A stretch of 59,483 nt of DNA. Source: an uncultured Bacteroidales bacterium (GTDB taxonomy: Bacteria; Bacteroidota; Bacteroidia; Bacteroidales; UBA7960). The translations under genes and the position numbers were made by a program. Of this stretch, positions 39,823 to 49,009 are shown piece by piece. Under the pieces are notes generated by a model that did not search any database, was not told where the DNA came from, and saw nothing but the letters and a program-made list of their open reading frames with translations. The stretch spans positions 1 to 59,483 of the forward strand of contig CAZPVB010000003.1 in the NCBI GenBank assembly GCA_964589855.1, in the 5' to 3' direction. Numbering within the stretch: position 1 is the stretch's first letter; each line of letters opens with the position of its first letter.

Positions 39823-42800
39823 TTAATTCACCACCATTCTCACCACAAATGTTCCTGATCTGCCCGATACAGTAACGAGGTATACTCCATCGGGGAGCAT
39901 GCCCGAAGGTACTATGTAGTGTTGCAATTTGCCGGCTTCATTAGCGGTTAGGTAGTTGTTCCAGAACATACGACCCTGCAGATTGGCGATGCTGATCTCT
40001 ACATTTTCTCCGGGATTCATTCCGCTGAGGGCGATCTGGAAACTGTTGCCGCGATTAGGATTGGGATATAGATTCAATGACACATCCGCCATCTTTTCAT
40101 ACAAAACACCCACCCAGTCGCTATACTCGTAGCTGCCGTCGAAGTCGGTTTGTTTGAGGCGGTAGTAGCTCATTCCCTTCATGGGTTGGGTATCGAGTGC
40201 AGTGTAAGACAGGTTGTGGGTACTGTGTCCGTTTTGTGCCTGCGATGCGATCACTGCCACCACTTCAGCGTCTTTGCCGTTGGGGCTGCGCTCGATGGTA
40301 AAGAAATCGTTGTTGGTTTCGGAGGCAGTTACCCACTCCAGCTCCACCATATTTTGTTTTGGTTGCGCGGTGAATGAAATAAGTTCGATGGGGAGCGGAA
40401 CTTGGTCCGCATCGGTAGAAGCCAGGGTAAGGTATCTGAATGAAGATTTGCTGCTAAATTCTGTGTCAGTCGATGCTTGTACCCATCCCGTCATATCGCC
40501 ATTGGACTGTGCTGCGGCATTGCCTTTGTCTATCCATTTATCGTTATTCCATTCGGCAACAGTCATGAATTGCTCCAGTTGACTGGGTTCTACTTCCGGT
40601 ACTGTACTTCCCGGTCCCCAGCTTAATTGTACTTTAGCGCTGCTGCCCGTTGGTGCTTCCATCTTCCAATATTCGGTATCTGATACAATCTCAAGTGGTG
40701 ATGCTATTTCCCCTGCGTCAGCAATTGGTATCACACCTGTTAGGTATTCTATGGTATAATATCCGGCAGGATTTACATCGTGTAAATATACTTCTCTGAT
40801 ATTTCCATCCTGTCCTACAGGGAATCGATGATCTGAACCGGCAGACAGGTTTCTGCTGAGTTTGCCCTGAATGTAAGAGCCCGTTGAGATGGATTCAAAA
40901 GGATTGCTGCTGCTGTTGTCCAGCGTAAGTGTATTTGGCATTTCTACTACAACCCTGCTTGAATGGTAAAGTCCCAAAGAATTCCTGATATTAATATCTC
41001 CATTCAAACCTACCTCGGCTCCGTCAAAGATGTATAGATTGTTAAACCTGTTGTTAGGGTTGTTAAAATTCCCTGAAATGCTTTTGTTATGACTGCCGTG
41101 TAATTTTAATGTATTGTTTCTTTCGGCATCATAGGTAGCAGTACCTGATTTTGTAATACTTGTGCCATAAAAATCAATATTGTGTCCATCGGAGGTAACA
41201 AGTTCAACATTATCTTTCCACTCAATATTTCCTTTTACTTCAATGTGATTTTGGAGTGTAATGGAAACATCTGCTTCGGATATCCAATTGCCGTTAATGG
41301 TAAAATCTTTATCGTTCGGCAAAATTCTGTTTCCACTTTCCGTAAGTGTAAAATTGTTGTAAAAATTCCTGCCTGGTAAATTATAGTCTGTATTGCCTCC
41401 AAATTCTACAGTACTTGTACTATCGGGGTTGAAGAAGTCGGTGTAATCGCCGGTAGGAAGAGCCCCTCTTTCTGTTGCCAGCGTGCCTGTGCCGGCTACA
41501 TAACCCAGAATATGGTTCAGGGTTGTTCCAGTTTCGAGGCGGCCATCGATTTGGGTTTGATAGGCTCTGCGGGCGTTGTCTGCGATACGCATGGTATGCC
41601 CCTCCAGGACATGTATGCGTTGACCAATGGGACCTCCCGCCGGAACAGCATGCTCGTCGCTTCTGCTCCAGTCTGCAGCATTTGTCCATACGCCATTTTC
41701 ACTCACGGAAGTGTATGTAGGAACTTCATCCGGGATCCAGCTATCCTCACCGGCTGTATAGTCTCCTGAGATATCATTTACATTGCTGTGGGTAAAGTTG
41801 ATGTAGTTGTCTTCTTCATTGACAATCACAAGATCATCTATTTCCTGATACTTTTCCCAACTGAGGTCAGATAATAATATGGCACCGAGGAAATTTTCAT
41901 CATTGTCGGTAATGTTTTCTCCATCAGGATCTAAAACCGGAACTGCATCCTGAGAGTAATAATTGCGTTGTAATGCAGTGAATTCATTAAGACCGCTGCT
42001 TCTTACATTCCAGTATTGATGCAAAACCTTTTCTTTTCTATCTTCAACCCCATCATCCAAAGTGGTATGTAAACTGTTGCTGGGTATAATGCGAATGGAT
42101 CCACCTCCGGTATTTCTGGCAATGAAGAATTCGACCGGTAAAAACCGTTGGTTGCCTCCTCCATCATCTGTACCTATCGGGAAATAAAAAGAATCTACAT
42201 AATTAGGGTCATCCGGGTTATAGGGATCAAAAGGTTCCTCAATACTGCCATCGGATGGAGACAGTTGTTTTTCTATTCCCTGTGTGAAATCTGCTGCTAC
42301 CGCAATCATTTTGTTGTTACCAAATGGTTCTGATCCGCCGCTAATAACCTCCGTATTCTGTCCCAGGGTGAGAAGATGAGTGCCCAGAAAAAATATATCA
42401 CTGGTAAGGGTAAGATTGTTGTTCAGACTCATATTGTCTTGTAGCTCTACCCTGTTGTCAATATCAATACGGCCGAATTGTCCATTGCCATAAATACGCT
42501 GTGTTGCTGAGCCTGCAAAGCGAATGCCTCCCTGGTTCGCATCATCGCTTATGTGGCTGCTATGGTTGCGTACATCTTTTTCTACGGTAATGGTGTTGCC
42601 TCCGTCGATGAGTTGGCCTGCAACGAGGTTTAACTCTCCCTCAACAGTAATGCCGGAATCATCCAATAATTTTACAGATGTCTCCGCTTCTACCCACAAA
42701 TGATTTGTTGTAAGAAAACCGCTGACTTCCTGTTGGGAAGAAGAGGGATTGGTATTCACCCCCCTGAAAAAGAGCGTATCTACATTTAACTGATTCTGTG

Positions 42801-45800
42801 CATTATTGGCATTCGTGAAATGCCCTTTCAGTATAAGGTTGCGTTTGTTTTCTCCGTCTTGTCCGCTGACACCTGCGTTGGAACCTATATGCAGATTGCC
42901 ATTGAGGGTAAGGTCACGTACTTTCAAAGATAGTATTGTTTCTGATCCCGAAACATTGACATGTGCCAGAGGTATATTGCTGTTTACGTTGAAATTTGTA
43001 GAAGCCGGTGTTTGGGCATCGTCACCAAAATTTATGGTTCCGCGCACAGTGCTGATCGCAGGATCCAGCATTAGCGCCGTTTGATTGGCTTGGCTGCTGA
43101 TAATATGAATGATGCCGCCGGTTTGATAAAATTGACTTCCTGTATTGAGAACTTCAAAAACACCTCTGTCACTGGTTCCTGTAGCGTTTTTGCCTACGGT
43201 GAGTGTACCCCCTGTTTGTATGTATCGCAAAATACCGGACGGATTGGTGGTACCTCTTCTTATCTGGGAACCTACCACTACATTGGAATTGTCGTGTATT
43301 TCCAGCCGTGCCCTGCCGGAGGCCGAATATTGTATGTAGTTATTGCCGTTTGAAGTATCATCATCCATATCAATAATTCCCTCTGTATCAGCCCTGAGTA
43401 ATCCATCCAGCAGTATGCCTGTATCGTCACCGCTCACATTTACCTGCCCTTTACTTACCACCAAAGCGGCAGAACCGGGTATTTCAAAGTTGCCGCCACC
43501 AGTGCTCAGGTCGATATCAATATGTTCGTTATTAATTTTTAAACGACCCTGGTGAAGGAGAACAGATTTTTCTTCTGACCCTGTATCGGTTTCTCCGCCA
43601 ATCGTTATTCTTGAATTAATACTTACTTCATCAGTGGTGTTTTCTTTATTTATTACCAGGCGGTAGAGGTCAGGTATGGATGTGTCAGGATGACCTGAAT
43701 GGTAAATGTCCTCAAATATTGAATTTCCGGATCCGGCAAACTCAAGTATTACGTTGTTCCCATCATTATTATCTGTAAAAAGGTCTATCTCGTTATCGTG
43801 TACATCATCTTTATCAATGTCACCCTTTACGATCAACCTGTGTTTAAGATTGTTTTGGGCATCATTTAAAACCCTTATTCTTCTGGTATTTCCGTTCGAA
43901 TCGCCCACATTAAAATTAATTCCACCTACTTCAACAGTTCTTTCATGTTTAGAAGAAAAGGACAGGGTTCCTTCGTTATAATCGCCGAGCAATAAATTCC
44001 CAAGAACTACAAAATCCCCATCTTCTTCATCACTGGTGATAAATTCACCTCCATTATCAATAATAAAATCATTTCTTACAATAAAATCGTAGTTCATTGT
44101 TGCAGATCCCTCCTCCAGGCGAAGGTTGGGATATACTCCCCCACTTATATTTGGAATTGTGTGGAAATTGTTGTTACCGGGACGAAAGTGGAATCTGGCA
44201 GTATCATTCAAATTAAACTCAGAGAAATCGGCACTGATTGCAGGAAAAGCACCCTCTGCTGTGCTGTAATTATGTACCTGAAAAACACCCGGTCCTTCCA
44301 CAACACCGGCATCCAAAGTGCCATTACCACCCCCCTGATTGATCACAACTCTTGAGATTCTGGCATCTTCGGGTGGATCGGGGTGAGGCACGAACTTTAT
44401 TTTGCCCACTTCGACATCATTTTTAATATTTATGGAATGCCATCCACCTCTGTCAGAATGACCACCATAGCCAATTATTGCAATATCTCCTGAACCGGGT
44501 ACAAGATCATCCGGGTAGTTGGATCTTGATTCTGAAGGATCAAAGGTATGAGGTTCGTCAGACCATACATTGGGATCGTCCCAGGAAAAATAGTACCATT
44601 TATCGTCATCAACTTTGGTATAAAAAACCTTGATCTCTCCATCAAAGACTTGTGATTTCCCGGCAGTGAATTCTCCGGTTTCCAAAATACCAATATCGTA
44701 AAAATCTAAAATACCTGTTTGTGAGTTTGTGTTTTCCACATTCAATCTACCTGTCTGTGTTCTAACATTTTCCACCACCTTTCCAGGAACAATATTAGAC
44801 CAATTATTTTGACCTGACACGTCCTCTATGTAACCAAGGAATTGATTCTGTACGTCCGGAATATCTGTAAAATCCTTGTCTCTTATTCTCCAATAATATA
44901 AAAGATACTTTCTGTTATTAACATCAGAATCATCGCTCAATGTCGCCAATTTCCTTGGCACCCCATTGATCTGCACCTTTCCGGCATCTGTAACATTGGA
45001 AAATGATGGATTCGCCCATGCATACCTGTAAGCATCACCAGCGTTGTTTTTGGTACCTATTGGGAATAGGTAGGTGTCATCGGTTGATATTGTGCGGGTT
45101 AATCCGCCATCGCCATGATTACCTGTTGTCCGAAACATTCTGCTGTTTGAATAGTATTCTATCGTATTATCATGAAGGGTACCCTCAACATCCAGATTAT
45201 GGGTTCTCAGATCAAAGATGCCCCTGGTAAGTGTCATTGTACCTGTTACGGTTTGCTTTGCAGTAAGGAAGGTTATTTCTTCAGAAAGTTCTGAGGGATG
45301 CACTTCATCAATTTCCAGGTTTTCAATGATGCCATCACCATCGCCACCCAATTCATGACCAGTTCCTGTAATGGCATGTGCTGTTGCATCTTCAGATGGA
45401 TTACTATTGCTAAAAGTTACATTTGGTGCAGTGGTGTATCCGCTGCCAGTGTCTGTAATAATAATTTTGCTTATGGGTAGAGGGTTTTCAGCAGATGGTG
45501 TACCGTTAAAAACAGCAACTGCTGTTGCTTGTGTGCCATCGCCCGGCGCATCAATGGTAACATCGGGAACAGAAGCATAACTGCCTTCATTGGTCAGCTC
45601 TATTGCATATACCCTGCCCCGGTCGGTCAAAAGAACTTTCCCGCTACTGCTGGCAATCGTTCCCGAGTTGGTAATATTTCCACGCACAGTAACTACCCTT
45701 GTTCTGGTATCAAAAGTACTTGAGGGGCTGATGCTTAAATTATTGCCCACGAAAATATGACTGGTTTTCAGTGTGCCCGTAAAACCTGGATTATCGATGG

Positions 45801-48800
45801 TAAGATCATGAAAGTAATGGCTTCCGCTGTTCTCAATATCAATGTCATATCCGGATTGGGTGCCCCTAAAAATGGTGTTATTGCCTCCGGTCAAATACTG
45901 TGTATTTTCACCGATATGCAGCCCTTTCCCAATGGTAACATCCAGTCCTTTGGGATTAAAAATGGTATTGTCTTCCAGTGTCAGATCACCTTTGGTGATA
46001 AGCGGTAAAGCCATTAACTCTGCCTGATTGGAGGCGTTGGTACCTACAATTCCACTGCTGAGTTCAAAATTTCTTTCTGTGCTGTTGTTGCTTCGCATGC
46101 TTACGTTGGGAAAAGGTGCCCTGGATGTGATTTTAAAAGGCCTTCCGTCTTTTTCAATCAAAATAAGATGTGCCAGATGGTTCACATTTTGGTTTTCCGG
46201 ATCGGAATTGATGAAAATGGCGCCACGATTGTTGGTTCCGTTAATCGTAAGCGTACCACCGGTAAGTTCAAAAACATTGCCTTCATAAGATAATGTGAAG
46301 CTGTAATAGTTGCTTTGGGCACCCGAGCCATTGATGTTAACATCTCCACCCGTTTGAATATAACCTCCAATATGTTGATTGCCCAAATTTGAAGTGCGGA
46401 ACTGACGCATGCTGCTTGTCCCTCCTTTTGATTCAAAGACCCCATTTAACCTGGTGGTAATACCGCTGCCGACATCGGCGCTAAAAATCCCGCCGGTAAT
46501 TTTTACTTTTCCATAAACTACAACCGCTGTTCCCGAAGATTTGGTTACCGACCCTCCGTCAACCCAAAAAACTGCATTTTCTGATACATTGTAATTTCCG
46601 TTATTATTAAGACATGGAATCTCGATATTCTCCCCGATCCTTACCGTTCCAAAAGTTAAACCCAGCGAATTGTTGTTAATGCTTAATTGTGCTTCATCGC
46701 TATGGGATTCTCCGGCATAACCCAAAAGTTCGAATTGTCCTGCCTGCCGGGCAAAAATATGCAGTTCGTAAGTGCTGGTAAGTCCTTTTTCAATGGCAAT
46801 ACGATAAAATTTTGAGGGTCCTCTGATGTCCAGAGATTGATTTCTGGCTGCGCTTCTGAAGTTTAAATCTACGATGCCATCTGTGGCCTGAGATGAATAG
46901 TTGGATTCAGTTCGGTTGGTAAACTGCACATCGCCTTCGTTCATAAAATCACCATACAGATTCAACTGGTGTTTTGCATCGGCAGATCCGGTTCTGATTT
47001 TTCCCGGTTGATAAACAGTCAAATCTTCACGAATAGTCATTGTTCTTGCCGTTTCGGTTGCATTATCACCAAATCTCAAAGATCCGCGGATTATCTTCAA
47101 ATCTCCATTGAGTGTATAGTTGGTCAACAGGTTTATTTCATCTGAATCATTGTTTAAGTCAATCTCCAAATTGCGGAAAGTGCGTTGGGTGTTTAGTTCA
47201 TAACCACTTCCTTTATATCTAACGGTACCCCCCGTTTCGGGATGCGCAAACCCGGAGGCATCGCCGGCCGGAAAATTGTCGTTATGCAACTCAATGATAC
47301 CTTGGGGTTGGCCGGTGATAACAGGAAACAGATGCCCGGTGGTGTTGCCAAAGTCGATTACACCATTTCTCACATCCAAAACCCCAACTTCAATATCATT
47401 ATTGCTTACTGTAACCATATTGTTCTTTTGGATCACTACTCTATCTGTTGGTCCGGGTGGGCGTTCGGGTGTATCAGGACTATCTGGGTTAAGGCTCCAA
47501 TGTTCCAGATTATCCCAATCTACATTGCCGTCATAGCTGTAGTAAGTCAGAGATTCCAGATCAGAGCGTGCGATGGTGTAATAACCGGTTTTGAAAAATT
47601 CGTCTGATATGGAAAAATGTGCCACCCCATTGCTGATATTGGCATAACCTCCGGATACATGGCTGAATTGACCACTATCATTTTCTCTGTGAAGCAAAAC
47701 GTAGATCTTGCCCGCGTCAGCCGTAATGCCGGTTTCGTTAAAATCAAAGCTTAGGTTTATGTCTGTAGTGCCGTTGCCCTCAACTCCGTTTTGTCTTCTT
47801 TCTATGTAATAAACCCTGTCCCATCGTTGATCAATGGTCAAATCATCAATGGTGGGGAGATCATTGGTATTGGTGCTATGTGTTGTACCGTCGTGTGCGG
47901 CAAATACAAATTCATTCTCTTCATCCAGGCTGTTGTTGTTTTCCGATAAAACCAGGCCGCTGCCGATGTTTTGTGTTTGGGTATATTTATGTCCGTTGGC
48001 ATGACCAATGCCCACAAAATCCTCATCGTATGTAGTGGAGGAGAACCCCGAAACAGTAAGATCAATGCCATATCTGTTGGACAGGTAGGTGTCCACTATA
48101 ATTCTTTCGGCAAAATTAAGTGCTCTGCTGTAGACAATTACTTCGGACATATCGCCTTTAAAAGAATGTCCGTACTCATCATTAAGTATGCCTATGTATA
48201 CCTGAGAATTTGTTTCGGGGATGGTTGTGTTATCTCCGGTGTTTTCTGCCCCGGTTTGTATGGCATTTTGAAAAACTCTGGATCGATATGATGGGTCTGA
48301 ACCATTGAAGAGTGCAGAAAAAATTTGTACATCATTGGTTACTTCTGTATTCCCCTTCATTTCCGAAGGTGTATTAAAATGCAGGCGTTTACTGTTGTGG
48401 GTATAGAAGTAATAGGAATTTTCGTCGTCGTGATCGACTCTTTTGGAAATTAGTCCTCTGGGTTCTGTGTCAATACCGTCGGGTTTGGCAACCACAAAAA
48501 TAGTAAGGCCGGGCATGCCATCCAGTGAAGTATGGTCATCAATCTCCAGGTTAATGTCAGTTCCCCCAAAACTCAGGGATGGTAAATTGTTGATGCCGTT
48601 TGCCTTAAACTCTGGGCTTTTGGTTTCTTCGTTTTGAAAAGCATGATTGTTATTACCACTGATATCTTTCCATTCACTTACTTTGTCTCCGCTTTCGGTT
48701 ATTCCCTGATCTGCCCTTAGCCAAAGCACATTTTCAGATTGATCACCTATGCCTGCCGGAGGGGCTGCCATGGCAAGGCAAGAAGCAAAAAAGAAGACAA

Positions 48801-48822
48801 AGAAATAAGAAACCCTTCTCAT
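39823..48822 (-). CDS. Giant T9SS-secreted surface protein (~3,000 aa): LamG-like N-terminus, beta-helix-like repeats, type A CTD
   Basis: Signal peptide from ATG 48822; LWLRADQG..VSEWKDISGNNNHA; C-terminal PLPIELISF, YYRLKQTDFDG, LYPNP and GVYLV. Confidence 0.88.
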   Translation of the reverse strand: MRRVSYFFVFFFASCLAMAAPPAGIGDQSENVLWLRADQGITESGDKVSEWKDISGNNNHAFQNEETKSPEFKANGINNLPSLSFGGTDINLEIDDHTSLDGMPGLTIFVVAKPDGIDTEPRGLISKRVDHDDENSYYFYTHNSKRLHFNTPSEMKGNTEVTNDVQIFSALFNGSDPSYRSRVFQNAIQTGAENTGDNTTIPETNSQVYIGILNDEYGHSFKGDMSEVIVYSRALNFAERIIVDTYLSNRYGIDLTVSGFSSTTYDEDFVGIGHANGHKYTQTQNIGSGLVLSENNNSLDEENEFVFAAHDGTTHSTNTNDLPTIDDLTIDQRWDRVYYIERRQNGVEGNGTTDINLSFDFNETGITADAGKIYVLLHRENDSGQFSHVSGGYANISNGVAHFSISDEFFKTGYYTIARSDLESLTYYSYDGNVDWDNLEHWSLNPDSPDTPERPPGPTDRVVIQKNNMVTVSNNDIEVGVLDVRNGVIDFGNTTGHLFPVITGQPQGIIELHNDNFPAGDASGFAHPETGGTVRYKGSGYELNTQRTFRNLEIDLNNDSDEINLLTNYTLNGDLKIIRGSLRFGDNATETARTMTIREDLTVYQPGKIRTGSADAKHQLNLYGDFMNEGDVQFTNRTESNYSSQATDGIVDLNFRSAARNQSLDIRGPSKFYRIAIEKGLTSTYELHIFARQAGQFELLGYAGESHSDEAQLSINNNSLGLTFGTVRIGENIEIPCLNNNGNYNVSENAVFWVDGGSVTKSSGTAVVVYGKVKITGGIFSADVGSGITTRLNGVFESKGGTSSMRQFRTSNLGNQHIGGYIQTGGDVNINGSGAQSNYYSFTLSYEGNVFELTGGTLTINGTNNRGAIFINSDPENQNVNHLAHLILIEKDGRPFKITSRAPFPNVSMRSNNSTERNFELSSGIVGTNASNQAELMALPLITKGDLTLEDNTIFNPKGLDVTIGKGLHIGENTQYLTGGNNTIFRGTQSGYDIDIENSGSHYFHDLTIDNPGFTGTLKTSHIFVGNNLSISPSSTFDTRTRVVTVRGNITNSGTIASSSGKVLLTDRGRVYAIELTNEGSYASVPDVTIDAPGDGTQATAVAVFNGTPSAENPLPISKIIITDTGSGYTTAPNVTFSNSNPSEDATAHAITGTGHELGGDGDGIIENLEIDEVHPSELSEEITFLTAKQTVTGTMTLTRGIFDLRTHNLDVEGTLHDNTIEYYSNSRMFRTTGNHGDGGLTRTISTDDTYLFPIGTKNNAGDAYRYAWANPSFSNVTDAGKVQINGVPRKLATLSDDSDVNNRKYLLYYWRIRDKDFTDIPDVQNQFLGYIEDVSGQNNWSNIVPGKVVENVRTQTGRLNVENTNSQTGILDFYDIGILETGEFTAGKSQVFDGEIKVFYTKVDDDKWYYFSWDDPNVWSDEPHTFDPSESRSNYPDDLVPGSGDIAIIGYGGHSDRGGWHSINIKNDVEVGKIKFVPHPDPPEDARISRVVINQGGGNGTLDAGVVEGPGVFQVHNYSTAEGAFPAISADFSEFNLNDTARFHFRPGNNNFHTIPNISGGVYPNLRLEEGSATMNYDFIVRNDFIIDNGGEFITSDEEDGDFVVLGNLLLGDYNEGTLSFSSKHERTVEVGGINFNVGDSNGNTRRIRVLNDAQNNLKHRLIVKGDIDKDDVHDNEIDLFTDNNDGNNVILEFAGSGNSIFEDIYHSGHPDTSIPDLYRLVINKENTTDEVSINSRITIGGETDTGSEEKSVLLHQGRLKINNEHIDIDLSTGGGNFEIPGSAALVVSKGQVNVSGDDTGILLDGLLRADTEGIIDMDDDTSNGNNYIQYSASGRARLEIHDNSNVVVGSQIRRGTTNPSGILRYIQTGGTLTVGKNATGTSDRGVFEVLNTGSQFYQTGGIIHIISSQANQTALMLDPAISTVRGTINFGDDAQTPASTNFNVNSNIPLAHVNVSGSETILSLKVRDLTLNGNLHIGSNAGVSGQDGENKRNLILKGHFTNANNAQNQLNVDTLFFRGVNTNPSSSQQEVSGFLTTNHLWVEAETSVKLLDDSGITVEGELNLVAGQLIDGGNTITVEKDVRNHSSHISDDANQGGIRFAGSATQRIYGNGQFGRIDIDNRVELQDNMSLNNNLTLTSDIFFLGTHLLTLGQNTEVISGGSEPFGNNKMIAVAADFTQGIEKQLSPSDGSIEEPFDPYNPDDPNYVDSFYFPIGTDDGGGNQRFLPVEFFIARNTGGGSIRIIPSNSLHTTLDDGVEDRKEKVLHQYWNVRSSGLNEFTALQRNYYSQDAVPVLDPDGENITDNDENFLGAILLSDLSWEKYQEIDDLVIVNEEDNYINFTHSNVNDISGDYTAGEDSWIPDEVPTYTSVSENGVWTNAADWSRSDEHAVPAGGPIGQRIHVLEGHTMRIADNARRAYQTQIDGRLETGTTLNHILGYVAGTGTLATERGALPTGDYTDFFNPDSTSTVEFGGNTDYNLPGRNFYNNFTLTESGNRILPNDKDFTINGNWISEADVSITLQNHIEVKGNIEWKDNVELVTSDGHNIDFYGTSITKSGTATYDAERNNTLKLHGSHNKSISGNFNNPNNRFNNLYIFDGAEVGLNGDINIRNSLGLYHSSRVVVEMPNTLTLDNSSSNPFESISTGSYIQGKLSRNLSAGSDHRFPVGQDGNIREVYLHDVNPAGYYTIEYLTGVIPIADAGEIASPLEIVSDTEYWKMEAPTGSSAKVQLSWGPGSTVPEVEPSQLEQFMTVAEWNNDKWIDKGNAAAQSNGDMTGWVQASTDTEFSSKSSFRYLTLASTDADQVPLPIELISFTAQPKQNMVELEWVTASETNNDFFTIERSPNGKDAEVVAVIASQAQNGHSTHNLSYTALDTQPMKGMSYYRLKQTDFDGSYEYSDWVGVLYEKMADVSLNLYPNPNRGNSFQIALSGMNPGENVEISIANLQGRMFWNNYLTANEAGKLQHYIVPSGMLPDGVYLVTVSGRSGTFVVRMVVN

Positions 48823-49009
48823 CACCTCATTTGATGCTGATATATTTTTTTTGAAACGCAGTTTTATGTCGAAAAAAGGAAAATTCATATTGTAAATAAG
48901 TGAGCATTTCGGCATAGATGGTGTCAACTTTATTTCTCTTCGCTCTTTTTATCTTTTCCGATTTCAGGGAAAGAGGATTGAAGCAAACAACACTGAAAGG
49001 TTAAATAAT

